Shown: positions 9,359 through 19,699 of the stretch, piece by piece
How positions within the stretch are numbered: the stretch's first letter is position 1
How the letters are laid out: each line of letters starts with the position of its first letter
Virus record (IMG/VR): IMGVR_UViG_3300019765_000012
Span: 1-35,835 of that record
Strand: one strand, 5' to 3'
Length of the DNA: 35,835 nucleotides
DNA from: a virus
Lineage: Duplodnaviria > Caudoviricetes
Program-made: the position numbers and the translations under genes
Notes under the pieces: generated by a model
Told to the model about the DNA's origin: nothing
The model's database searches: none
What the model saw: only the letters and a program-made list of their open reading frames with translations

Positions 9359-12300
9359 TTATTCTTCATCTATGAAATTCCTTGCGGTCCATAGAGCATA
9401 AATGTATGTTCCTGGATAGGTGCTATTATTTCCCCAAAATGTATTGTTAACCAGATGATCTAGTTCCCAAACGTCAGGATTAGATGATAAAAATCTCTGC
9501 ACCACACCGTCTTGAGTATTGTTATTTGCTGTCGGAGAATTAAAATCCCATCTATAGTCATTTCCGCTACTAAAACTCTCAACAGCAATTGTATTATTGG
9601 ATAATGCTGGATCTGTTGTAATCTTTTTATACATAGCAAACTCAGGATTATCTTGTCCAGTTGAAATTGTAACTGTTGAACTTGTAGGGCCAGTAAATTT
9701 GCCTGTTAAGAAAGTACCACCTTCTTGTGAGAACAATACAGCTATGTATTTTCTGTTAGCACCTAAAACTCTTTCAGTACTGTCGTGACCTACAGTAAAT
9801 TCTGTACTAGTAGGACTAACAGGAAACGGATATTCATTCACTGTTAATTCAGTTCGAGCTCCGGAAGAAGACTTATTAAGTTCAAGCCACTGATTGTTGG
9901 GATTTGTCAAGTCTTTATGATAACAAATCCAATCTCCTGTTCCACTAAGTGGTTTGATCCACATCATATCAGGAGTAGCTTGTAAGCCGTGTTTAATTGT
10001 TTGAGTAGAACCTGTTGTAACACCGGAATCACCTTCATAGACAAGTATATCCAACTCTTTGGGTGCTTTTCTCCACATGTGTCCTGTAGATGTATAACTA
10101 GAACCACTAACAGTTTGTCCAACTCTGTTGTTGAGCATCATACCTGCTTTGTAATCCCATCTCCAATCACTAGAACTAGTTAAACCTTGATCAGCAGATA
10201 AAAGCAAGTAATTGTTACCTAGTATTCTGGCTCCAAACTGAGGCATGTTTGTGCCACTGTTGTCCATCCATATTCCCATGTCAAAAGGACCATTGTTCAC
10301 GCTGCGTGAATATCCAAATTTTGGCACATTCAAAGCAGTAGGGCGATCATTTTCGTCTGAACCTGGTTTCGCTGGGTTTTCATATAAATCTTTAAAATAA
10401 GGAAGTTTTAAAAGAGAAGTTGTAGACCCTGTGTATTCAAAAGGTAAATTATATCCACCGATTTCTGTTAACCAATTTCTCATTGTGTATCTAATTGCAA
10501 CATACACCACACGTTTATTAGTAAGAGATCTGTGAGAAAGGTCAACATTAAAACCAACACTGTTAGAGTGTACACCTGTACCATTTGTTAGTGTGTTTAC
10601 AGTACTAGAACTCCAGAATATTTCTTCACTGAGAAAAGGACTCATCCCTGTTCTGTTGTTATATTCTGTCCAATAACCGTCATCTACCGCACACAAAGAC
10701 ACCCACTGTGGATCCCATCCAATATCTACAGATGCTTTTCCGTTGGCATCTGTATCAAAATGCCCACAAACAATTTTTCCATTGCTTAAACTAGGATCAT
10801 GTGCAAAAATATAAGCAATGTATTTGGCACCGGCTGCGTTAACTCGAGAATCTGTACCTACACTAAATGAAGAACTACTGGGTATTGTTTTACGCCAAAC
10901 TGCATCATCTGCTGCAACGCCGTCATTTGCTACTTGATCATACCATCCAACAGCACTGGATTGATTTATTGTAAAATATCCATCTTGTGAATTTGATGCA
11001 TCTGCACTTCTATGAAACACCATCCAATCTGCATCTGCTTGTAATAAACTACTAGAACCTATATCATAACATTTTACTATTATCATACCTGGTCTTTGGT
11101 TTAAGCTGTGTTCGATTTGTCTAGCAACACCTGTTCCATCATATTTCACTATATCAAAAAAGTTTTCTTGTTTTTTGATAACCTTTAATTGAGTTTTAGT
11201 ATTATTAACATTAAAATTACTACCAAAAACAGAACCATGAACTGTACTAACACTGTGGAGAAACCAAGGAGTCCAATATTTTAAGTAATTATTACTGTTT
11301 GAACTGTTAGTTGTACTACTAGGAGTTATTAAAGTTCCTGTTCCTGAACGACCTCGTTGGCTGTCAATGAAATAATTTTGACCATTATTGAATGTCTTCA
11401 TCCAATACAGCGCATCAGTTAGTTGTCGGGTATCTTCTAACAATTGATTGCTAGGAGTTTGTTTAGTAACATTTGTTTTAGTATAAGAAGTGCTGCTACT
11501 ATGATTATAATCATTAACATCTTCATTAGCGTTTACTACTGATGTAGATCCTGAATATCTGCTCCAACCAAACGGACTGGCATCATTTGTAAAGTTTACT
11601 GGAAAAGTTGTATCAGATATAGAAAAATGACTTCCCCAAAGACCATTACAATTGTTGCCATCAGCGGGTATTTTAGCTACAAATACCTGCCGACGTTCAT
11701 CCGAAATTTGCGTCTGGTTTTCACTTGTCAGACAAGAACCTATCAACAAAGGATCTCCTGCACTAGACATTGAAAGATAAAGACTATTCAAGTTGCCGTT
11801 ATCGAAATCATCATGTAAAAAATCTATTTTCTTAGCCCAATTGTTAGTGTTACTTGTGGTTGTTACACCTTGATACCTCATTAATATACTGCCAATTAGT
11901 ATGTAAATAGGATAATTTTCACTTGCATCACTGGAAAACACAACCCTTGAAAAACCAGGATTTGAATTACCTGTTGGATCTGTTATATAAAAACTTTTTA
12001 CTTGATCTCCGCCTTGGCTGCTACTACCATCTAAAATTGTGCAATAGCCATATGTTTCGGTAGTAGTTCCACTTATAATTTGTTCAGCAGTACCAGTATA
12101 AACAACATACTTTGCATGAGCGCCTGTACTGTGTTTGTGACTAAATGTTGCATAGGTATAGATATTTAAAAAGTTACTAGCATTTGGATGATCCCAGGAT
12201 ATTCTATACCCTGAACCTTGAGATATATTAGAAGTGCTACTGCTCCAAGTCCACGATGTTCCCCATGAAACGTTACTGCTTTGTTCAGTTGCGGAGCCAG

Positions 12301-13186
12301 TTATCACAACATGCTCATCTCCACCGACATATGCCAACTGAATATCTCCTCTAGGGATAGATATGTCTGGGTCAATTTGCGGAACTGGACTGGTGTGTCC
12401 TACTGTTTTTACATGTTGTTGTATAGAACCTGTTATATCTCCGTTACTTTGTTGTACCCTTATTATTTTTCCCGATGTACTATCATCATAAAGATTCTCA
12501 ATACCCCAGCCAAATAGCCATAAATTTTCTTTGGTGTCGGCTTCTATTAGTCTCATTCGCCATTGATCTGTGGCTGTGCCGCCGTTATCAACATAGCCAT
12601 TCACTGGTTGTATACTCCTATCCCAAGCTGCTGAAGTAGAAGAACCATAACTTATATTAGCCGGAGTTCCATTCAGCTGATAACCATCTCTTTGATATTT
12701 TATAACTATAGCTTCCCATTCGTTAGTATTATTATTGACTCTGTCGCTACCTAAAGCAAACAATTCTCCGTTGGGATTAAGACAAGCATCCTCCCAATCA
12801 TACACACCACTTGTGCCGAATCGAATCCATCGACCTGAATTGACAGTGAATGGTTGAAAATCAGTCGACTCTTCTAATACTATACAGTTGTTGTATTCGT
12901 TGCTCTGAGAAGAATATCCTCTGATAAGTATTCTACCAGATCCAGTATATTCTTTAATTCTTAAGTCCCTGGTATATCCAGGAAAAGTGTCATAGGTATA
13001 AAGAGTGCCTACTGTTGGAGTAGTTTCAGCAGATGGATATATAGGTATTGGTTCTGTTCTTTCTGAGCTGCCATCACCATACCATGTGTCAATATGAAAC
13101 AAATCTTCTGTAAAAGAAATTGGAAGAATGTTACTAATAAATGTAGAGGATAGTAATCGTCCTGTGGTAGTTTTTAAAAAAGGCAT
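9359..13186 (-). CDS. Large beta-rich putative adhesin/tail-tip protein (~1275 aa)
   Basis: ATG at 13186 preferred over TTG at 13189. Two copies of the aquatic-phage motif DIxxYxGxG...IxHxLxxxPxMxxxK...DWxx[FY]H; W/Y/S/T-rich. Confidence 0.75.
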   Translation of the reverse strand: MPFLKTTTGRLLSSTFISNILPISFTEDLFHIDTWYGDGSSERTEPIPIYPSAETTPTVGTLYTYDTFPGYTRDLRIKEYTGSGRILIRGYSSQSNEYNNCIVLEESTDFQPFTVNSGRWIRFGTSGVYDWEDACLNPNGELFALGSDRVNNNTNEWEAIVIKYQRDGYQLNGTPANISYGSSTSAAWDRSIQPVNGYVDNGGTATDQWRMRLIEADTKENLWLFGWGIENLYDDSTSGKIIRVQQSNGDITGSIQQHVKTVGHTSPVPQIDPDISIPRGDIQLAYVGGDEHVVITGSATEQSSNVSWGTSWTWSSSTSNISQGSGYRISWDHPNASNFLNIYTYATFSHKHSTGAHAKYVVYTGTAEQIISGTTTETYGYCTILDGSSSQGGDQVKSFYITDPTGNSNPGFSRVVFSSDASENYPIYILIGSILMRYQGVTTTSNTNNWAKKIDFLHDDFDNGNLNSLYLSMSSAGDPLLIGSCLTSENQTQISDERRQVFVAKIPADGNNCNGLWGSHFSISDTTFPVNFTNDASPFGWSRYSGSTSVVNANEDVNDYNHSSSTSYTKTNVTKQTPSNQLLEDTRQLTDALYWMKTFNNGQNYFIDSQRGRSGTGTLITPSSTTNSSNSNNYLKYWTPWFLHSVSTVHGSVFGSNFNVNNTKTQLKVIKKQENFFDIVKYDGTGVARQIEHSLNQRPGMIIVKCYDIGSSSLLQADADWMVFHRSADASNSQDGYFTINQSSAVGWYDQVANDGVAADDAVWRKTIPSSSSFSVGTDSRVNAAGAKYIAYIFAHDPSLSNGKIVCGHFDTDANGKASVDIGWDPQWVSLCAVDDGYWTEYNNRTGMSPFLSEEIFWSSSTVNTLTNGTGVHSNSVGFNVDLSHRSLTNKRVVYVAIRYTMRNWLTEIGGYNLPFEYTGSTTSLLKLPYFKDLYENPAKPGSDENDRPTALNVPKFGYSRSVNNGPFDMGIWMDNSGTNMPQFGARILGNNYLLLSADQGLTSSSDWRWDYKAGMMLNNRVGQTVSGSSYTSTGHMWRKAPKELDILVYEGDSGVTTGSTQTIKHGLQATPDMMWIKPLSGTGDWICYHKDLTNPNNQWLELNKSSSGARTELTVNEYPFPVSPTSTEFTVGHDSTERVLGANRKYIAVLFSQEGGTFLTGKFTGPTSSTVTISTGQDNPEFAMYKKITTDPALSNNTIAVESFSSGNDYRWDFNSPTANNNTQDGVVQRFLSSNPDVWELDHLVNNTFWGNNSTYPGTYIYALWTARNFIDEE

Positions 13187-13192
13187 CAATAA

Positions 13193-15607
13193 TTACCCAA
13201 ATGTTGATAAGCCAGCAAGTACATCATATGTTCCTGAATTGTTTACTAGAGTGAAATTTACCAAGTCTGTTTGGTTTGCGTTTCCTGTTGGAGCAGATGC
13301 GTTTAACCATTTAATGGTAACACTTGTGCCATTTACTGTACAAGTATTGGGTATGTAAGCACTAGCACCTTGTGTGATTATTAATGCTACACCAATTGTG
13401 TATGTCCCTGATGTAGGCGCATTAGTAAATGCTACTTCAAAATTTGCACTAAGACCGCTCACAGTTTGTGTGGTGTTAGCAGAACCTAATATATCTACTG
13501 TTAAAGTATTGGTAGTAACAGTTCCGACAATATATTCTTCCCATATAGATCCTTCGACTTTAAGAACACTGCCAACAACCAAGTCTGAACTAAAAGTTTG
13601 ACTTGCTGTAAAGTCCTGAGTGCTTTCAAGCAGAGCTACAGTACCAGTTGCATCCGGAAGCGTAATAGTTCTGCTAGCGGTAGGGTCTATGACAGTTAGT
13701 GTTGTTTCATTACCATCACTCGTTGTACCCTCAAACTGAAGATCAAATCCTGTGCCTATCCTGACATAATTTGAGCCTGAGTTTATATTATGAGCACTAA
13801 GTGCTTGTGTGCCACCAACAAACACTCTCCAATATTCTTGTGCAGGTGCCCCTGTGAAATTGAAACCTTCCATATAAATGCCATGAGATATGTCATCAAA
13901 GTAGATTCTATTAGTGTTCCCATTCATGATAATATCATCAGAGAAGGTTTGTTGTGCTGAAAATGTTTGGCTGTTGTCTATAGTTGCAACTGTACCAGTT
14001 GCATCAGGTAGTGTGATAGTTCTGTCTGCTGTTGGATCAGTTACAGTTAGTGTTGTTTCGAAGTCATCTGCTGTTGCTCCTTCAAAGATAAGGTCACCTG
14101 TAAATAGAACATTACCATCCTGCTGTACAGACATAACCCTGTTGCCAGAAAGCCCTGAGCTATCCTCAAAGGTAATTGCATCACTAGCAGTTCGATACAA
14201 GATAGACATGCCATCAGATGAAGCAACATCGTAACCAAAATGAAAACCATGAGGGCCATTATTACTACCCAAATCACCCAACTGAACAAGTGCATCACTT
14301 CCAGTTAAAAAGAGTTTCGTAGTGTTTTGCGCTGTTCCAACGTCTATTGTAACAGTATTGTCAGTGTTTTGTAATAAAACCGTCCCTGTCGCATCAGGCA
14401 GTGTAATTGTACGGTCAGCGGTGGGGTCAGCGACCGTTACAGTTGTTTCAAAGTCGTCGTAAGTTGCGCCCTCGAATATAAGGTTACTACTACCATTCAA
14501 GAAGTAGATACTATTTCCCCACATCCTAATATCTTTAAAGAACGTAGCACCTTGTGTTTCATCACTGTAGAACGTGACTACATCATTATTATCGATGTTG
14601 ATCCTAAGAGACGATGATGTTTCTACATTGTCTGGGTCAACTCTGATTTGCCATGCATCACTATTGGCGTTTTGTTTGTTAGTGATTTGCAGCTTGCTTT
14701 CAGCAACAGTCCCAGCAGTCCACTCGTAAGTGCTTTCTAATTCTATAATAGGATTGTCACCTGTCAGGTTGACAGTATCATTGCTATCAGCAACGACAAG
14801 CGTTCCAGAGACATTTGGGAAAGTGATAGTTTGGTCTGCTGTCAATGAACTTGGATCGAATGTCGCAGAGTTAGTATCTCCAATCTCAAGTTTTCCTGGT
14901 GCCTTAATTCTATCATAATGGAATTCTGCAGAAGTATAAGTACCGTCTGGTATAGAGCCACCGCCAATGTTAGTGACACGATGTTGAATTTCAAGATGCC
15001 CATATCTTTGACTATTGATCAAATCCACATCATCAATAACGCTAGAGATATAGTTGTAAGGTGCTCTGTAGCCTTGTCCTGAAATATCTCCGCCTTCAAA
15101 TACAATTCGAGCTGTTGTATCACCAGCTGCGGAGTTTCCGTCATTTGTATCTCTCCAAAATTTTAATTCTGGAATGCCTTGCTGGCTCCCTCCGTTACCA
15201 AAACTTCTTAGTTCAATTACAGCATTGTTTTGACCAGCAACTTCTGGACGAAATGTCACTACATCATTACTGTTGCTCGAACCATCAATTTGGAAAACAT
15301 GGTCTGCGTCTAGTGTTGTTATAGACGATAAATTATCAAGTGTCTGTGATGTTAGAGCAACCGTTCCTGTAGCATCAGGAAGTGTGATAGTTCTATCTGC
15401 TGTTGGGTTTGTAACTGTTAAAACAGTTTCAAAGTCATCTGCTGTAATACCTTCAAATGTTAGTGAATTTTGCACTGTGATTGTTGTAGAATCAACTGTT
15501 ATAGTTGTTCCACTTACTGTTAGATCACCTGTAATCTGAACATTGTCTGTAGCTGTGTTTATTTGAGCGTAAGATCCAAATTCAGCTAGTTCTTTTGATT
15601 TACCCAT
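13193..15607 (-). CDS. Fibre-like virion protein (804 aa)
   Basis: Four FEG...PTAxRTITLPDATGTV modules, shared C-terminal domain, AAGGA Shine-Dalgarno. Confidence 0.8.
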   Translation of the reverse strand: MGKSKELAEFGSYAQINTATDNVQITGDLTVSGTTITVDSTTITVQNSLTFEGITADDFETVLTVTNPTADRTITLPDATGTVALTSQTLDNLSSITTLDADHVFQIDGSSNSNDVVTFRPEVAGQNNAVIELRSFGNGGSQQGIPELKFWRDTNDGNSAAGDTTARIVFEGGDISGQGYRAPYNYISSVIDDVDLINSQRYGHLEIQHRVTNIGGGSIPDGTYTSAEFHYDRIKAPGKLEIGDTNSATFDPSSLTADQTITFPNVSGTLVVADSNDTVNLTGDNPIIELESTYEWTAGTVAESKLQITNKQNANSDAWQIRVDPDNVETSSSLRINIDNNDVVTFYSDETQGATFFKDIRMWGNSIYFLNGSSNLIFEGATYDDFETTVTVADPTADRTITLPDATGTVLLQNTDNTVTIDVGTAQNTTKLFLTGSDALVQLGDLGSNNGPHGFHFGYDVASSDGMSILYRTASDAITFEDSSGLSGNRVMSVQQDGNVLFTGDLIFEGATADDFETTLTVTDPTADRTITLPDATGTVATIDNSQTFSAQQTFSDDIIMNGNTNRIYFDDISHGIYMEGFNFTGAPAQEYWRVFVGGTQALSAHNINSGSNYVRIGTGFDLQFEGTTSDGNETTLTVIDPTASRTITLPDATGTVALLESTQDFTASQTFSSDLVVGSVLKVEGSIWEEYIVGTVTTNTLTVDILGSANTTQTVSGLSANFEVAFTNAPTSGTYTIGVALIITQGASAYIPNTCTVNGTSVTIKWLNASAPTGNANQTDLVNFTLVNNSGTYDVLAGLSTFG

Positions 15608-15616
15608 CAGTTATCC

Positions 15617-15925
15617 TTACGATTGTTCTAAAACACTCACAATAGCATCAACACTGGTTGCAGTGTTGCTTACTACCACAATTGTATCACCTGCTTCTGC
15701 TATAAGTTTACCTTCAATACAATCTAATGTACTGCCTGTAGGTATAGGAGCGTCTTTTACTATGTGTACAGTATTGAGTTTTGCAGTAGCATTGATCTCA
15801 GAAGCTGTAATATTTGATAGTGTTAAACCAATAATAATACCTGTAGTAGCCACAGGCACAGTGTAAACTGTGGTGTCTCCTACTCCTACTCCAGATGCTG
15901 TATAGTTTTTAAAAGTTTGTGCCAT
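15617..15925 (-). CDS. Small virion structural protein (102 aa)
   Basis: MAQTFKN...TTVYTVP...IIIGLTLSN...IVKDAPIPxGSTL...S[VI]LE pattern, which I recall following ...ALAIALG-ending genes in aquatic T4-like phages. Confidence 0.7.
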   Translation of the reverse strand: MAQTFKNYTASGVGVGDTTVYTVPVATTGIIIGLTLSNITASEINATAKLNTVHIVKDAPIPTGSTLDCIEGKLIAEAGDTIVVVSNTATSVDAIVSVLEQS

Positions 15926-15929
15926 TTTA

Positions 15930-16694
15930 TTATCCTAGTGCAATAGCTAGTGCTGTTGCATCTTCAATTATTTCTTGATATTCTTTGTTGTCCAACTTGT
16001 CTGCATTTAAATTACTTACCAACGTATCACTGGCTACTACAAGGGGTGCTGTACCTTGAGCCACAGTGCTAGTCAATGTATTTACACTTATATCATTGGT
16101 AGTGGTATTACCATTTGTAGTAGCATTGTCCAATGTCACAGCAGGTGGAGTATATGTAAATGCTCCTGTATTGCTGTCATAAGACAATGCACCATTTCCA
16201 CTAGGTGAGTTTGTTGTTATAGTAAGTGTAGGATTACCTGTAAAGTTTGCATAATCCAAATAGTATGGACTGTCTTGTCCATCTAACAAGTCAGCATCAA
16301 TGCCGCTGCCTGATCCTAAATCAGCAGTTGTTAAAATTCTTTCAGTTAAAAAATAAGGTGCTTTGTTGAATACCCAACTGTTACCTGCGTCCGAATAAAC
16401 AATAGTTGCATTAGCGCCATCTACTGTTAACCCGCCACCGTCTGCATCAGCTGATGTTGCTTTTCCTCTTGCTACTGTGATGTTAATATCTTCTACGTCT
16501 AACGTGTGTGTATTAAGTCTGGAGGTACTACCTGTAACTTCTAAGTTACCTAATATAACCACAGTACCCGAGTCTACAATAGATCCGCCTGGTTCTGCTG
16601 TATCGTCTGCTGCTGGGTCAAGATAAAAAGTAGCTGGACCTTTTATATTACCTCCAACTAAAATGTTATCTACTGAAAAATCTTTTGTTGACAT
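15930..16694 (-). CDS. Fibre-like structural protein (254 aa)
   Basis: LDVEDINITVA...GGGLTVDGANAT module, GSGIDADLLDGQD and NLNADKLD fibre motifs, ends ATALAIALG. Confidence 0.75.
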   Translation of the reverse strand: MSTKDFSVDNILVGGNIKGPATFYLDPAADDTAEPGGSIVDSGTVVILGNLEVTGSTSRLNTHTLDVEDINITVARGKATSADADGGGLTVDGANATIVYSDAGNSWVFNKAPYFLTERILTTADLGSGSGIDADLLDGQDSPYYLDYANFTGNPTLTITTNSPSGNGALSYDSNTGAFTYTPPAVTLDNATTNGNTTTNDISVNTLTSTVAQGTAPLVVASDTLVSNLNADKLDNKEYQEIIEDATALAIALG

Positions 16695-16697
16695 ATC

Positions 16698-19658
16698 TTA
16701 TACCAATGTGCTTATTCTTGTTATTTTGTATTCTGTGCTATCAGCACTTGATGCGGTTGCTAGTAATCTAACATTTCCGCTGTTGACATCTGCATCCAAA
16801 CTTAGTATACTAGCACTACCAGTAAAAATTGTGCCATAAGTTGTTATGTATGCACTACTACCATCATGAATTACAATAGCTTCTGCTGTTTGATATTCGT
16901 TGGTAACTGTGTTGGTGGCTTGTATTGTGTATTTGCAACTTCTGAAAGCTGTGATAGCAAATGTGTCTATAGCAGTGGGTGTTACAGTTGCTAGTGTAGT
17001 ACTAGCAGTAGCCAGTGAGCTAACACCGTCAATCCTGATAGCACCATCTACGTGTAATTTTTCTTGTGGGCTTGCGGTTCCTAATCCAACATTACCTGAA
17101 ACATCTACACTGATATTGTTGTGATTGGCTATGCCCAGTTGTTCTAAATTTACCAAATTAATACTGGTGGTGTAAGCATACACAATAATAGTAGTATTGT
17201 TTGCAGGAGGAGTATTAAATGTAACATCTCCGTTGGGTGCAATTGTGTAGTTTGCACTGTCTTCTAACAATCCGTCAATAAAAATTTGATTGTCATCTAT
17301 GTTAGTATTACTAGTAGAGAATGTATCATCTGCACCGTTGCCTGTAAATGTATGAACAGTGTAAACACCTGAAGGTGTGCTGGTTACTGCGGCTGTGGTA
17401 ACAGACGTAACTCTGCCTTGTTGATCAACTGTGATAACAGGAACAGTTGTAGCATTACCGTATACACCTGGAGTTACAGTAGTGTCGTCTAAATCTATAC
17501 TCACTTGATTGTTAGTGACCGCAGTTGTAATTCCAGTGTCGCCTACAAATGTAAGTGTATCCACGCTTGTGTCTACTGCATCAGTTCCACTGTCACCTGC
17601 AATATTTAAACTAACACTGGTAAGACCAGCAGCCAATGATCCCCATGTTGCGCCGTTGTATCCTTCAAAGGTACTGTCATCTGTGTTGTATCTGATCTGA
17701 CCTTGAACTGGTGTTGGGCGTTCTGCTGTAGTTCCAACTGGTATTTGTACAGCTCCGGTTGTTGATATTACTAAATTAGTTCCATCAAATGTAAGATTAG
17801 CATCATCTTCAAGCTGACCACTTGCACCTGCAATTACAACTCTATTATCAGTTAAATCGCTTACTATTAAACTGCTGACAGTTAGTTCTCCAGCAGCGTC
17901 CACTGATATTAAGTTATGGTTGTTTAATCCCAATGGATTTAAAGATAGTGTTACTAACTCCCCTGTAATCATAATATCAATTTGATCACCTAATAGAGGA
18001 GCAACAACAAAAGTTACGACACCGCTTGCTTCTGTATAGTCATTGATTGGCTGTAAAAGTACACCATTTAAAAATACTAAACTTACTGTACCTCCGTTTA
18101 CACCTGTTTGTGTGTCATACTGTGTGGTACTGCCATCACCTGTGTAGTTTTGTTTGATAAATCCAGTATCAGCACCCGGTGTTGTACTGATCCATTCATT
18201 GCCTGTATAGATATATAATTCGCCTGTTGTTCCGGTGTCGAACCAAAAATCACCAGTTGAAATAGTATTAGTTGGTGCTGCCGGCGCTGTGTCTTGATAG
18301 TATGTGTTGGATGTAGAAAAGTCACTGAATACTAAATTACCACTTTGATCAATTATTAATATTTGACCATCTGATCCTCTTTGTGTAGGAAAAGTATAAA
18401 AGTTGTTTGTAGCACTGTCGCCGAAGGTTACCTGACCCAGATTATCAATGTTAAATCTTTCTGAATTGGCTGTATAAAATCTAAGATAATCTTCATCTGA
18501 ATTTAATTCAGCAGTGATATATGTATCACCGTCAACATCTTTAACTCCGCCTAAACTTCCCCAAGCTGCACCGTCGTATCCTTCAAACGTAGCATCTGTA
18601 GTATTGTATCTGATCTGTCCTTGTGCTAGTGTAGTTGGACGTTCTGCTGTGGTGCCAGCTGGTATTTCTAATGCGCCTGTACCTAGTATAGACACTAGAC
18701 CTGTATTATCGATGACCATTCTTTCTGTGCCATCTGTAGTAAATCTTATAGTGTCTTCGTCTGGTGTTGTTTCTAAGTTTATTCCAGTATCACCGTCGGT
18801 GTCAGACAACGATGTACCAGCACTAAGCTGTTGTACTGAAAAAGTAATAGTATCTGTAGCACCATCTGTTACTACATTGATTCCTGATCCACCAACAATT
18901 GTTAGTGTGTCACTAGGTCCGTCAGCCACAACATTATTTTGTCCGTTTACACTGATAGTAGTAAATGCACTAGCAGCACCCGAGCCTGTACCAACAACAT
19001 TCCATGTAGAGCCATTCCAAAATTCTAAGTTGGTAGCATCTGTACTAAATCTAATATAACCTGGATTAGGACTGCCTGGTCTCTGTGCTTGTGTCCCTCT
19101 GGGCAAACCAATAGCACCGTTAGTATCAACTTCCATTACACTACCATTGTATGTGAAGTTTACATCATCTTCAAGTTCACCGTTGAGGCCTGCAAATACC
19201 ACACTATTTTGTGCCAGATCTTCGACATTTAAACTTGCAATAGTAGCTTGACTGTTTACGTCTAGTGTGTCTAGTGTAGTTAAACCATCAACACGAAAGT
19301 TTTGTGTAATACTAGTATCGTTGAAAATCTCAACTTCTCCTAGATTATTGATTGTTAACCGCTGTACACCAGCAGTATAAAAACGTAGTGTATCATCATC
19401 CGATGCTTGTTCAGCAGTGATGTATGTATCTTGGTCTACATCTTTAACGCCACCTAGACTGGTCCAGCTTACACCATTGTAGCCTTCATACTGTGTTGTT
19501 TGAGTATTAAAACGAATTTGACCAGTTTGTACAACTCCACTTTGAGGTCGCTGTGCTGTGTTGCCAACAGGAACTCTCAAAGCACCGCTGGTACTGATAG
19601 TAATATTACCGCTAGCGGTGCTTATTCTATCTCTCTGATGATCTAGGTTTAACGCCAT
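16698..19658 (-). CDS. Fibre-like virion structural protein (986 aa)
   Basis: Four GxxAxRP...GxIR[FY]xT...[YF]EG[YW]xGxxW-type modules, two GGVKDVDxDTYITAE repeats, C-terminal IDTF...RSCKYTIQ...IHDG...YG domain. Confidence 0.8.
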   Translation of the reverse strand: MALNLDHQRDRISTASGNITISTSGALRVPVGNTAQRPQSGVVQTGQIRFNTQTTQYEGYNGVSWTSLGGVKDVDQDTYITAEQASDDDTLRFYTAGVQRLTINNLGEVEIFNDTSITQNFRVDGLTTLDTLDVNSQATIASLNVEDLAQNSVVFAGLNGELEDDVNFTYNGSVMEVDTNGAIGLPRGTQAQRPGSPNPGYIRFSTDATNLEFWNGSTWNVVGTGSGAASAFTTISVNGQNNVVADGPSDTLTIVGGSGINVVTDGATDTITFSVQQLSAGTSLSDTDGDTGINLETTPDEDTIRFTTDGTERMVIDNTGLVSILGTGALEIPAGTTAERPTTLAQGQIRYNTTDATFEGYDGAAWGSLGGVKDVDGDTYITAELNSDEDYLRFYTANSERFNIDNLGQVTFGDSATNNFYTFPTQRGSDGQILIIDQSGNLVFSDFSTSNTYYQDTAPAAPTNTISTGDFWFDTGTTGELYIYTGNEWISTTPGADTGFIKQNYTGDGSTTQYDTQTGVNGGTVSLVFLNGVLLQPINDYTEASGVVTFVVAPLLGDQIDIMITGELVTLSLNPLGLNNHNLISVDAAGELTVSSLIVSDLTDNRVVIAGASGQLEDDANLTFDGTNLVISTTGAVQIPVGTTAERPTPVQGQIRYNTDDSTFEGYNGATWGSLAAGLTSVSLNIAGDSGTDAVDTSVDTLTFVGDTGITTAVTNNQVSIDLDDTTVTPGVYGNATTVPVITVDQQGRVTSVTTAAVTSTPSGVYTVHTFTGNGADDTFSTSNTNIDDNQIFIDGLLEDSANYTIAPNGDVTFNTPPANNTTIIVYAYTTSINLVNLEQLGIANHNNISVDVSGNVGLGTASPQEKLHVDGAIRIDGVSSLATASTTLATVTPTAIDTFAITAFRSCKYTIQATNTVTNEYQTAEAIVIHDGSSAYITTYGTIFTGSASILSLDADVNSGNVRLLATASSADSTEYKITRISTLV

Positions 19659-19683
19659 AGTAGTCTCTCACACTTAATACTAC

Positions 19684-19691
19684 TATTTATG
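19684..19691 (-). promoter_or_regulatory. Late promoter variant CATAAATA
   Basis: Intergenic, ~25 nt upstream of ATG 19658. Confidence 0.65.
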
Positions 19692-19699
19692 TGTATCAA

